Source: Clostridia bacterium (GTDB taxonomy: Bacteria > Bacillota > Clostridia > UMGS1883). From it: a stretch of DNA of 64,000 nt. A program made the position numbers and the translations under genes. The first letter of the stretch is position 1; each line of letters starts with the position of its first letter. The DNA lies in the NCBI GenBank assembly GCA_045646985.1, contig JAZRLV010000094.1:10158-74157 (forward strand). The letters are read 5' to 3'. The notes below the pieces were generated by a model. That model made no database searches and was not told the origin of the DNA. It worked only from the letters and a program-made list of their open reading frames with translations. This document shows, in pieces, positions 38,631-47,836 of the stretch.

Positions 38631-39959
38631 CTATACTGCAAGTGTTCCCCCGGTTGTTTCCAGAAGAATCTGAACATCCTCCGTGTACCCCGTCTGCGTG
38701 TTGACATACATAAGAAAATGCTTGTCAGAAACAATTCCTCTTATCTGATAGCAGCATGCCTCGCTGCCGTTTTCAAGCGGAATTATAGCCATTGAGACAC
38801 TTTCTGTCTTAAGGCCTGTGTTTACGTTTTCTAAAGCCTGTTCCTTTGATATTTCAGGCTCGGGGATTTGTCTGAACGTATGATTCATTATATATCCCCG
38901 GCTTTCAAAGCCGATTACCTCTCCGTTATCAAGGGCTATTTTTATCTTTACCAAATCGGGGAAAACAACATAACCGTTTTGTTCATATGCATAATTGATT
39001 ATAACACTGCCCTCTTTTTTATCGTAATAGCTTTCACGCATATTCATAAAGCCGTTGTCACGCAGAAATCTTTCTGCCGTCTTTTTTGCTTCTTCAACAG
39101 TCATTGTTTCCTCGTCAACGGCTCTGTCCTTGAGCATCATCAATAGAACTCCGCCGTTTTTTGTAAATTCAACAGTGGTATTTTCACCCTTTACACTGTA
39201 GGAGGACAGCTTACCATTAATTTCAGTAACAGTTACATCGCCATCACCTGTAAATTTTTTTGCATATTTTTTTGCTTGTTCCTTGCTTATTTGGGGCTTT
39301 CCTTTTAAAAGAGATGACTCTTTCAGTGTCAGATGATGGGAAAACGGGCCGTCGTAAATGAGCGAGGGGTAATTGTGAAATTCCTTTTCCAGCACTTCAA
39401 GCTCTGATGCCATTGCCACTTTTCCGCCGTTTAAAAAGCCCCCAAGGGCACCTTTACTATTGCTGAAAGAAATTCTGCCCTCATTAATACCAAGCAGCAT
39501 TTTATCAAATCCGCTTTTAAGCGTATCTGCGTATTCTTTAAGCTGCCGCATGGTGTTAATTTCCTTTTCGCTCAATTTCTCTCCTTTGAGCATTTTTGCA
39601 GAAATTGAGTTTGCATATTCGCCCACCTGTGATAAAAACTCTGATGTTTTTTCCATTTGAACCTCTCCCAACGGGAGCAATGCCAGATTCGCCTTTGCTG
39701 CGCTTGCCTGACCGTAAAGGTCAGCAGAGAGCTTTGCCATTTGCTGCGGTGTTGATACAACCTGTCCTTTAAGGAGCGAAATTTCAAGGTCATCAACATA
39801 CTCCGTCAACTCCGCAAAAACTCTGTTATATTCTATTTCACGTGCGTATTTAAGCTCATTTACCCGTTTATATTGGAAAATCGCAAATACCGTTACAAGA
39901 CATAAAAGTGTAGACAATAAAACATATTGCTTACGTTTTTTCAATATTTTAAGCATCAA
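38631..39959 (-). CDS. ypeB: germination protein YpeB (PepSY domains)
   Basis: 442 aa; N-terminal TM anchor; tandem PepSY domains; GAGGTGG RBS; no sleB upstream. Confidence 0.75.
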   Translation of the reverse strand: MMLKILKKRKQYVLLSTLLCLVTVFAIFQYKRVNELKYAREIEYNRVFAELTEYVDDLEISLLKGQVVSTPQQMAKLSADLYGQASAAKANLALLPLGEVQMEKTSEFLSQVGEYANSISAKMLKGEKLSEKEINTMRQLKEYADTLKSGFDKMLLGINEGRISFSNSKGALGGFLNGGKVAMASELEVLEKEFHNYPSLIYDGPFSHHLTLKESSLLKGKPQISKEQAKKYAKKFTGDGDVTVTEINGKLSSYSVKGENTTVEFTKNGGVLLMMLKDRAVDEETMTVEEAKKTAERFLRDNGFMNMRESYYDKKEGSVIINYAYEQNGYVVFPDLVKIKIALDNGEVIGFESRGYIMNHTFRQIPEPEISKEQALENVNTGLKTESVSMAIIPLENGSEACCYQIRGIVSDKHFLMYVNTQTGYTEDVQILLETTGGTLAV

Positions 39960-40095
39960 AGACCACCTCTGTTAATTAAATTTCTCATTTTTTGAAAATT
40001 TATTCATTTTTTCTACTTTCACCTTGAAAAAGATTTTGATAATTGTTATAATTATTCAAGCAAGCACTTATGTGCTTTGAAAGGCAGGTTTTTTT

Positions 40096-41298
40096 ATGAA
40101 ATACGTTATAATTCTTACGGACGGATGTGCCGATTTACCTATTGAAGAGCTTGGAAATATGACACCTCTTGAAAAGAGTAATACTCCCAATATGGACTTT
40201 TTTGCATCACATGGCTCTCTTTATTTAGTAAAAACTGTTCCCGACGGTATGAAGCCGGGAAGCGATGTGGCAAATCTTGCCGTAATGGGATATAATCCTG
40301 AGGGTTGCTATACAGGGCGTTCTCCGCTTGAGGCGGCAAGTATCGGGGTGAAGCTTGAAGATAATCAGACGGCATTCCGTGCAAATCTTGTTACCCTTTC
40401 TGACGAAAATGATTACAGCGAGAAAACAATGCTTGATTATTCTGCCGGCGAAATTTCAACTGATGAAAGCCGCATCCTTATGACAGATATTGAAAAGGCT
40501 CTTGGCGGCGGAGATATACATTTTTATCCGGGCGTAAGCTACAGACATCTTTTTGTATGGACCGACGCCCCAAAAAGCTTTAATCTTACACCGCCACACG
40601 ATATTTCCGATAAAAAAGTAACAGAGTATCTTCCATCAGACGAAAGAATTCTTGACCTTATGAAAAAGAGTGAGGAGATTTTAAAAAATCATCCTGTTAA
40701 TAAGGCAAGAATTGCGCAAGGCAAAAACCCTGCGACCTCTATGTGGATATGGGGCGAAGGAACACGTCCGTCTCTTGATTCGTTCTATTCTCAATACTGC
40801 AAAAAAGGTGCTGTTGTAAGTGCTGTTGACCTTATAAAGGGAATTGCAATTCTTGCAGGAATGAACAGTATCGATGTGCAGGGCGCAACAGGTAATATAC
40901 ATACTAACTTTGACGGCAAGGCAAAGGCATCTGCTGATGCGCTTTTAAAGGATGGCGCAGACCTTGTATACGTTCATTTAGAAGCGCCTGACGAATGCGG
41001 ACATCAGGGAGATGCCGTAGGAAAAACACGCAGTCTTGAGCTTATTGATGAAAAGGTTATAGCCTATATCAAAAAACAGCTTGACGACGCAGGCGAGGAT
41101 TATGTGTTCATGGTTATGCCTGACCACCCGACTCCTGTTTCCACAAAAACTCACAGCAGCGAGCCTGTTCCCTGTGTAATTTATAAAAAAGGTGAAAACA
41201 AAAATAACGATTTTCGTTTTACTGAAGAATACGCACGTAAATACGGTGAAAAAATTGATACGGGCTACAGCATTATGAAAATATTCCTCGATAAATAA
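40096..41298 (+). CDS. apgM: cofactor-independent phosphoglycerate mutase, archaeal-type (ApgM)
   Basis: 400 aa; alkaline-phosphatase-superfamily metalloenzyme motifs (ILTDGCAD, HLEAPDECGHQGD). Confidence 0.85.
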   Translation: MKYVIILTDGCADLPIEELGNMTPLEKSNTPNMDFFASHGSLYLVKTVPDGMKPGSDVANLAVMGYNPEGCYTGRSPLEAASIGVKLEDNQTAFRANLVTLSDENDYSEKTMLDYSAGEISTDESRILMTDIEKALGGGDIHFYPGVSYRHLFVWTDAPKSFNLTPPHDISDKKVTEYLPSDERILDLMKKSEEILKNHPVNKARIAQGKNPATSMWIWGEGTRPSLDSFYSQYCKKGAVVSAVDLIKGIAILAGMNSIDVQGATGNIHTNFDGKAKASADALLKDGADLVYVHLEAPDECGHQGDAVGKTRSLELIDEKVIAYIKKQLDDAGEDYVFMVMPDHPTPVSTKTHSSEPVPCVIYKKGENKNNDFRFTEEYARKYGEKIDTGYSIMKIFLDK

Positions 41299-41323
41299 GT
41301 TTAAAAATTATGTTTGCGAATAA

Positions 41324-41365
41324 AATAGAAAGAGCAATATAGTGCTCTTTCTATTTTTCTTTTTG
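41324..41365 (+). terminator. rho-independent terminator after apgM (AATAGAAAGAGCA-ATATAG-TGCTCTTTCTATT + U-run)
   Basis: 13-bp stem followed by a T-run. Confidence 0.55.
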
Positions 41366-41409
41366 GAGGGATTTTTCTGAAATTTATTTCGCTGCGCACA
41401 CTTAGGTCT

Positions 41410-42429
41410 ATGTGCATTGATTTTTTAATATTTTTAGTTCCTGCCGCATTGATATTTTTTTCATTGCCCTATATTTTTAAGCTCTTTTTGCCGTTTATAA
41501 CAGGCTTCTTTTTATATCTTCTTGCCCGTCCTCTTAATCGTTTCCTTTTAAAATATAAAGCGCCACGCTCTTTGAGCGCTGCACTGTCTCTTTTTATAAT
41601 AGCATTTACAGCATTTTTTATTCTTCGCTCTCTTTCAGTTAAAATCTATCTTGAGCTGCGCTCCCTTATTTCTGACACCTCGGTACAACCGAGAGAAACA
41701 CTCGGGTTTATTACAAGCAGAGTTTCCACTATTATAGGTCAGGTTTCTCCGACGCTGCCTCTTGGGGACTTGAATAAGGTTATTTCAGGGCTTTCAGATG
41801 CTGCTATAAAGGCTCTTGTAGACTTTTTTTCAAATTTAAGTACAAAGGTGTTGAGTATTGCAAAAAATATTCCTGCCCTGTTTGTTCAGACAATAACATC
41901 TTTCTTTACCGCATTTTTTCTTCTTAAAGAAAGTAAAAACCTTTTTTCATTTTGCCGTCGCTTTTTTGGAGAAAAAGCGTATCATATTTATTTACGAATA
42001 AAGTCTGTATTTTTGAACGTTTGCGTAAAATATTTAAAAGCACAGCTTATTATAGAAAGCATCATTTTTTCTGTTCTTCTGGCGGGTTTCTTAATTCTTA
42101 AAATAAATTACGCATTCTTGCTTGCCATTGTCACTGCATTAGTCGACACCGTTCCAATTCTGGGCACAGGTACAATTCTTATTCCTGTGGCACTATATAA
42201 TTTTCTTATTCAAAACAGCTCGCTTGGCTGGGGAGTTGTGGTTTTGTATGGTATTGCACTTCTTACAAGACAGCTGTGCGAGCCAAAAATTGTTGGTGAA
42301 AAGCTCGGCATTCATCCCCTTGCAACAATAGTTTCTATTTATCTGGGAATGAAATTTTTCGGTGTTATCGGGCTCATTTTTGGCCCCATTGCCGCCATTT
42401 TCATAAAAAACCTTATTTTTTCAGAATAA
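41410..42429 (+). CDS. ytvI: sporulation integral membrane protein YtvI (AI-2E transporter family)
   Basis: 339 aa; 8 TM helices; AI-2E family signature near the C-terminus; start uncertain (weak RBS). Confidence 0.7.
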   Translation: MCIDFLIFLVPAALIFFSLPYIFKLFLPFITGFFLYLLARPLNRFLLKYKAPRSLSAALSLFIIAFTAFFILRSLSVKIYLELRSLISDTSVQPRETLGFITSRVSTIIGQVSPTLPLGDLNKVISGLSDAAIKALVDFFSNLSTKVLSIAKNIPALFVQTITSFFTAFFLLKESKNLFSFCRRFFGEKAYHIYLRIKSVFLNVCVKYLKAQLIIESIIFSVLLAGFLILKINYAFLLAIVTALVDTVPILGTGTILIPVALYNFLIQNSSLGWGVVVLYGIALLTRQLCEPKIVGEKLGIHPLATIVSIYLGMKFFGVIGLIFGPIAAIFIKNLIFSE

Positions 42430-42503
42430 AATGCGAACATTTGTTTGCATTTTATTCTTTTTTATGGTATACTTTGTGTTATAAACTAAAGGGGCTGGAT
42501 TTT

Positions 42504-43814
42504 ATGGATATATTAGAAAAACTGGAAATACTTGCTGACAGCGCAAAGTATGATGCCTCCTGTTCATCAAGCGGAAGCGAACGCACTGCAAACTACGGCG
42601 GTATAGGTGCACCTGCAGCTGCGGGCTGCTGTCATGCTTTCAGTGCCGACGGCAGATGTATTTCCTTGTTAAAAGTGCTTTTTACAAACTACTGCATTAA
42701 CGACTGTAAATATTGCCACAACCGCAGCTCAAACGATATTCCCCGTGCAGCATTTACCCCACAGGAGCTTGCTGAATTATGTATTAACTTTTACAGGCGC
42801 AACTATATAGAAGGTCTATTTTTAAGCAGTGGAATTATAAAATCACCTGACTATACAGCCGAGCTTCTTTTAAAAACACTCCAAATACTACGATACGAAT
42901 ATAAATTCAACGGTTATATCCATGTTAAAGGAATTCCGGGTGCTTCAGGCGAGCTGACCCGTGCACTTGGCTTTCTTGCAGACAGAATGAGCGTTAATAT
43001 AGAGCTTCCGTCAGAAAGCGGATTAAAGCTTCTTGCCCCTCAAAAAACAAAAGAATCTGTTCTTGCCCCTATGCAGCTTATTAAAAACACAATTTCAGAA
43101 ACAAAAGAAACCTCTCTCACCGCAAAAAATCGACTTTCTTTTGTTCCCGCAGGGCAAAGCACACAAATGATTATCGGCGCAACAAAAGAAAGTGACTATC
43201 AGATACTTCATCTTACAGAAGCACTTTATAAAAAGTACTCTCTTAAAAGAGTCTACTTTTCTGCATATATTCCCGTAGGAAATCATCCGATTCTTCCAAA
43301 GGATATTCCACCGCCTCTTCTTCGTGAACACAGGCTTTATCAGGCTGATTGGCTTTTAAGGTTTTACGGATTTAAGGCATCTGAAATTTTAGAGGAAAAC
43401 AGCTCTCTTGACCCTCTTCTTGACCCAAAAAGCAACTGGGCAATGCGGAATTTACATCTTTTCCCCGTAGAAATTAATACAGCGCCCTATGAAATGCTTT
43501 TAAGAGTTCCCGGAATAGGTGTTATATGCGCAAAAAGAATTATAGTTGCAAGGCGGGCTTCCTCTCTGAGCTTTGAAGATTTGAAGAAGCTGCGTGTAGT
43601 TCTTAAAAGAGCAGCATACTTTATTACCTGCAAAGGCAAATATATGTATTCTGCATTTAAAATGGACTATAACTTTATTTACGAATCGCTTACTCATTCA
43701 AGCCCTATGCTTGGTGCAATACAAAATGCACAGCAGCTTTCATTTTTCAGCGGGTATGATTCACTGCTACCCCCCGCAGTAGAAAAAATAAGCTCTGTAA
43801 GCGGTCAATTTTAG
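42504..43814 (+). CDS. putative DNA modification/repair radical SAM protein (TIGR03916 family)
   Basis: CxxxCxxC radical SAM motif (CINDCKYCHN); C-terminal HhH region; start placed at MDILEKLEIL. Confidence 0.8.
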   Translation: MDILEKLEILADSAKYDASCSSSGSERTANYGGIGAPAAAGCCHAFSADGRCISLLKVLFTNYCINDCKYCHNRSSNDIPRAAFTPQELAELCINFYRRNYIEGLFLSSGIIKSPDYTAELLLKTLQILRYEYKFNGYIHVKGIPGASGELTRALGFLADRMSVNIELPSESGLKLLAPQKTKESVLAPMQLIKNTISETKETSLTAKNRLSFVPAGQSTQMIIGATKESDYQILHLTEALYKKYSLKRVYFSAYIPVGNHPILPKDIPPPLLREHRLYQADWLLRFYGFKASEILEENSSLDPLLDPKSNWAMRNLHLFPVEINTAPYEMLLRVPGIGVICAKRIIVARRASSLSFEDLKKLRVVLKRAAYFITCKGKYMYSAFKMDYNFIYESLTHSSPMLGAIQNAQQLSFFSGYDSLLPPAVEKISSVSGQF

Positions 43815-43819
43815 AAGGA

Positions 43820-44596
43820 GTGATAAATGTGCCGTTTAACGCTTCATTAGATAATTCAGGCATTTTTTATATATACGATGGCAGCTTTGAGGGCTTGCTT
43901 ACTGTTATATATACAGCCGTTTATTCAAGAATTGTTCCCTCGGGAATTTCTACGCAAATGGGGCTTCAGATTTCTTTTAACACTCGTTATGTAGAAATTG
44001 AAACCAACAAATCACGTGCAAAACAGGTTTATGACGCTATTTTCCGCAAAATAGGGGGCTTTGGTACGAAACGTCTTTATTATGTTTTTCTTAGCGACGA
44101 GAAAGATAAAGACCTCATTATATATAAATATATGATGCTCGGGTTTAAAAACGGGGAAATTACAAACTCGGCACTTTCAGACGAAACTGTCGCCCGTGCT
44201 TTCCAAATTGCGCAAAATGTTTCACGTGAAACAGAGAAGTTTCGTCAGTTCACAAGATTCACTGTAATGGATTGGGGTGTGCAGTACGCAAAAATAGCAC
44301 CAAACAATAATCTTTTACCCATTCTTACCCCTTTCTTTGCAAATAGGTTAAAAATAATTCCTTTTGTGCTGCATGATGTAACTCATAACCTTTGTGCCGT
44401 TTATGATACGAAAGATTGGCATGTTGCTTCCTCAGAAAATCTTGTGCCACCTTCGCCATCTCTTAAAGAGATTGAAGTGCAGAAGCAATGGAAAACCTTT
44501 TTTGACGCAATTTCAATAAAAGAACGTGCAAATTCCAAGTTACAAAGACAAAATATGCCGTCAAGATATTTTAAAAGTGCTTGGTCAATAAGATAA
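43820..44596 (+). CDS. DUF4130 'probable DNA metabolism protein' (TIGR03915; uracil-DNA-glycosylase-superfamily-related), partner of the radical SAM protein
   Basis: 258 aa; conserved genomic pairing with the TIGR03916 radical SAM gene 5 nt upstream. Confidence 0.7.
   Translation: MINVPFNASLDNSGIFYIYDGSFEGLLTVIYTAVYSRIVPSGISTQMGLQISFNTRYVEIETNKSRAKQVYDAIFRKIGGFGTKRLYYVFLSDEKDKDLIIYKYMMLGFKNGEITNSALSDETVARAFQIAQNVSRETEKFRQFTRFTVMDWGVQYAKIAPNNNLLPILTPFFANRLKIIPFVLHDVTHNLCAVYDTKDWHVASSENLVPPSPSLKEIEVQKQWKTFFDAISIKERANSKLQRQNMPSRYFKSAWSIR
44218..44233. promoter_or_regulatory. parS centromere-like site (TGTTTCACGTGAAACA, perfect consensus) inside the DUF4130 gene
   Basis: exact 16-bp palindrome identical to Firmicutes parS consensus. 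Confidence 0.75.
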
Positions 44597-44631
44597 AAGA
44601 GGTCTTTTCAATAGAAATGCATAAAATACAT

Positions 44632-44697
44632 TTTCTGTAGGGGCGACCATTGGTCGTCAGCGGACGTGCAATGCACGCCCCTACGAATTTGTATAAA
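44632..44697. other. GC-rich three-way-junction hairpin between convergent genes (possible bidirectional terminator or structured element)
   Basis: outer stem GTAGGGGCG/CGCCCCTAC enclosing two 5-bp hairpins (CGACC-ATT-GGTCG and CGTGC-AAT-GCACG); about 65% GC in AT-rich surroundings; no U-tract. Confidence 0.4.
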
Positions 44698-44744
44698 GCT
44701 ACGATACGTTTCTATTAAAATAACCTCTTTTTTCTCACTTTTAT

Positions 44745-46016
44745 TTACTTTATAACTGTTTTTCCGCCCATATAAGGAACCAATACTTCCGGAATAGTTA
44801 TGCTGCCATCTTCATTCTGGCAATTTTCCAGAATAGCCGCAACAGTTCTTCCTACAGCTACGCCGCTACCGTTAAGAGTATGAACAAACTGCGCCTTACT
44901 ACCCTGTCCGTCCTTATACTTTATGTTTGCTCTTCTTGCCTGGAAGTCCTCAAAGTTACTGCATGAGGATATTTCAACATATCTGCCATAAGAGGGCATC
45001 CATACCTCTATATCGTATTTTTTAGCTGCTGTAAATCCTAAGTCACCTATACAGATTCTTACCACACGATAGGGAAGTCCTAATCCCTGCAGCACCTTTT
45101 CAGCGTCATTTGTAAGCTTCTCAAGCTCTGCATAAGAATCCTCGGGCTTTGTAAATTTAACAAGCTCCACCTTGTTAAACTGATGCTGACGAATAAGACC
45201 TCTTGTATCTCTGCCTGCGCTTCCTGCTTCTGCACGGAAACAAGCAGTATATGCAACGTGCTTTATAGGAAGCTCACTTCCGTCAAGAATTTGTTCACGG
45301 TACATATTTGTTACAGGAACTTCTGCTGTGGGAACAAGGAAGTAATCAGTGCCTGCAACCTTAAATGCATCTTCTTCAAACTTAGGAAGCTGACCTGTTC
45401 CCACCATTGAATTTCTGTGTACCATAAATGGCGGGAAAACTTCTGTGTATCCGTTTTTCTCTGTATGTGTATCAAGATAGTAGTTTATAACGGCTCTTTC
45501 AAGTCTTGCACCGATATCTTTGTATACTGTAAAACGTGCTCCCGTAATTTTTGCAGCCGTATCGGGGTCAAGTATTCCTAAATCCTTACCGATATCCCAA
45601 TGCGCCTTTGGTTCAAACCCAAAATTCTTAGGCTCGCCAAATCTTCTTATTTCTATATTGTCCTCGTCTGTATCTCCGTCGGGAACATCATCACTGGGAA
45701 TGTTGGGGATTGTAAGCATCATACGATTAAGCTCGTCCTCAACTTCTCTTATATTTGCATCAAGCTCTTTTATTTTTTCGGAAATCTCCTTCATTTGTGC
45801 AAAAACAGTCGTTGTGTCCTTTCCCTCTTTTTTCATAACGGGGATCTGCTTTGTTACCTCGTTCTGCTTTGCCTTAAGGCTTTCCGCCTCAAAGAGAAGT
45901 GCACGTCTTTTATCGTCTATTGCGATTAGTGCGTCAATGTCTACATTCTCTTTTCTTCTTGCAAGGGCTTTCTTTACCTTTTCTGTTTCTCCTCTTATGA
46001 GTTTAAGATCCAACAT
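44745..46016 (-). CDS. serS: serine--tRNA ligase
   Basis: 423 aa; N-terminal coiled coil; class II aaRS motifs 1-3. Confidence 0.95.
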   Translation of the reverse strand: MLDLKLIRGETEKVKKALARRKENVDIDALIAIDDKRRALLFEAESLKAKQNEVTKQIPVMKKEGKDTTTVFAQMKEISEKIKELDANIREVEDELNRMMLTIPNIPSDDVPDGDTDEDNIEIRRFGEPKNFGFEPKAHWDIGKDLGILDPDTAAKITGARFTVYKDIGARLERAVINYYLDTHTEKNGYTEVFPPFMVHRNSMVGTGQLPKFEEDAFKVAGTDYFLVPTAEVPVTNMYREQILDGSELPIKHVAYTACFRAEAGSAGRDTRGLIRQHQFNKVELVKFTKPEDSYAELEKLTNDAEKVLQGLGLPYRVVRICIGDLGFTAAKKYDIEVWMPSYGRYVEISSCSNFEDFQARRANIKYKDGQGSKAQFVHTLNGSGVAVGRTVAAILENCQNEDGSITIPEVLVPYMGGKTVIK

Positions 46017-46077
46017 ACTAAAACTTCCTTTCGTGTTTTACAATAACCGCACAATGTGCGTAATTTTAATCTAAATT

Positions 46078-46926
46078 TCAATCGAGCAAATCAACAATTC
46101 TCGTCAAATCAGACACAGAATAGAATTCAATTTCAATTCTGCCCTTTCTGTCGCCTTTTATTTTTACTTTGGTTCCAAATTTTTCAGAAAGAGTTCTTTC
46201 AACATCGGGATAAACGCTCTCTTTTTGTGTGTTTTTTGCTTTCTTTCTACTCTGTGCTTCTTTTGTAAGTGCTTCTGCATCTCTTACACTTAATCCCTCG
46301 TTTATAATTTTATTTGCTGCCTCTATGCGCTGCTTTCCTTCGGGAAGCGCTAATAAAGCACGGGCGTGTCCCATTGAAAGCTTACTTTCTGAAAGCATCA
46401 GCTTTATTTCATCCTCTAACGAAAGCAGACGAAGCATATTAGCAATATTGCTGCGGCTTTTTCCTACTCGCTCACTTACCATGTCCTGAGTCATCGAAAA
46501 CCTTTCCATCAAGGTTTTATATCCCATGGCTTCTTCTATTGGATTAAGGTCTTCTCTCTGCAAATTTTCTATAAGGGCGACCTCGGCAATCTGCATTTCA
46601 TCATAGCTTCTTATTATTGCCGGAATTTCGCTTAAATTAGCAAGCTTCGACGCTCTCCATCTGCGTTCTCCCGCTATTATGCTATAGTAACCGTTTTGCC
46701 CCTCTGTTACTATTATAGGCTGTATTACACCATGTTCCGAAATAGAATTCGCCAAAGCCTGAAGCTGTTCTCTGTCAAAATTCTTTCTTGGCTGGTCAGG
46801 TCGTGGCTCAACAAGACTGGTTTTTATCATTTTAACCTCATCCTGCCTGCTTTCCAATGCGCTTTCGCTGTAGCTTTCGGTTTTTGCAAAAAGCGCATCA
46901 AGCCCTTGTCCTAAAACTCTTTTCAT
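46078..46926 (-). CDS. spo0J: chromosome partitioning protein ParB/Spo0J
   Basis: 282 aa; GERRWRA motif; HTH; noc-soj-spo0J synteny. Confidence 0.9.
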   Translation of the reverse strand: MKRVLGQGLDALFAKTESYSESALESRQDEVKMIKTSLVEPRPDQPRKNFDREQLQALANSISEHGVIQPIIVTEGQNGYYSIIAGERRWRASKLANLSEIPAIIRSYDEMQIAEVALIENLQREDLNPIEEAMGYKTLMERFSMTQDMVSERVGKSRSNIANMLRLLSLEDEIKLMLSESKLSMGHARALLALPEGKQRIEAANKIINEGLSVRDAEALTKEAQSRKKAKNTQKESVYPDVERTLSEKFGTKVKIKGDRKGRIEIEFYSVSDLTRIVDLLD

Positions 46927-46927
46927 T

Positions 46928-47713
46928 TTAATCCTCCTGATTTTCTTGGGATTTTGTATTTTCTATAAGCTCTGACGCAAGCTCTGTATATGCCTGTGCA
47001 CCTTTAGACGAGCCATCATAATAAATGACAGGTCTGCCAAAGCCCGGGGCTTCACTTATGCGCACATTTCTGGGAATAATCGTTGAATACACCTTTCCGG
47101 GGAAAAATCTCTTAACCTCATCTACGACCTGTACGGCAAGATTTGTCCGTGCATCATACATAGTCATTACTATTCCCTCGATAAAGAGAGAGGGATTGAG
47201 TGCTTTTTTTATTCTTTTTATTGTTTCTACAAGCTGGCTTACACCCTCAAGGGCATAAAATTCGCATTGTATGGGGATAAGCACACTGTTTGCCGCTGTA
47301 AGTGTATTAATAGTTATAAGACCAAGAGACGGGGGAGTGTCTATCAGAATATAGTCATAATCCTCTTTTACATTCTCAAGACTTTGTTTGAGACGGTTTT
47401 CACGCCCCATAACGCTTATAAGCTCTATTTCTGCACCCGAAAGGTCTAAGTTTGATGGGCAAAGAAAGAGATTTTCATATTGCGTTTGAATTGCAACATC
47501 TTCCATTCTTTCTTCATTTATAAGGCAATCATAAACCGTCTTTTCACAGCGCCTTTTATCTACGCCTAATCCGCTTGTTGAGTTTCCCTGCGGGTCTATG
47601 TCAATAAGCAGAACTTTTTTTCCTGCACTTGCAAGACATGCCGCCAGGTTTACGGTTGTTGTGGTTTTTCCCACGCCACCTTTTTGATTCGCAATAGCTA
47701 TTATTCTGCTCAT
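46928..47713 (-). CDS. soj: chromosome partitioning ATPase ParA/Soj
   Basis: 261 aa; deviant Walker A KGGVGKTT. Confidence 0.9.
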   Translation of the reverse strand: MSRIIAIANQKGGVGKTTTTVNLAACLASAGKKVLLIDIDPQGNSTSGLGVDKRRCEKTVYDCLINEERMEDVAIQTQYENLFLCPSNLDLSGAEIELISVMGRENRLKQSLENVKEDYDYILIDTPPSLGLITINTLTAANSVLIPIQCEFYALEGVSQLVETIKRIKKALNPSLFIEGIVMTMYDARTNLAVQVVDEVKRFFPGKVYSTIIPRNVRISEAPGFGRPVIYYDGSSKGAQAYTELASELIENTKSQENQED

Positions 47714-47760
47714 ACAAAAATCCTTTCTTCTACAATTTTATCATTATTATACCATAAAAA

Positions 47761-47776
47761 TGTTTCACGTGAAACA
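47761..47776. promoter_or_regulatory. parS site (TGTTTCACGTGAAACA, perfect) between the noc-like gene and soj
   Basis: exact 16-bp consensus palindrome; followed by an 11-bp-stem hairpin (TTCGCAAAAAA-GCCG-TTTTTTGCGAA). Confidence 0.8.
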
Positions 47777-47836
47777 TTTTTTTACTTTTTTTCGCAAAAA
47801 AAGCCGTTTTTTGCGAAAACAGCCTCTTTTTATCCT

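Noticed and set aside
39960-40095. forespore (sigma-G/sigma-F) promoter upstream of ypeB
   Set aside because: Only weak partial matches (GAATA ... no clear CATnnTA); cannot be supported from sequence alone
44632-44697. tRNA gene
   Set aside because: 9-bp GC stem resembles an acceptor stem but only 39 nt lie between the arms; no D/anticodon/T arms can be drawn
45520-46074. 184-aa + strand ORF
   Set aside because: Antisense to serS; Ser-rich mirror-frame artefact
46017-46077. T-box leader upstream of serS
   Set aside because: Only 61 nt separate serS from spo0J; no specifier or antiterminator structure possible
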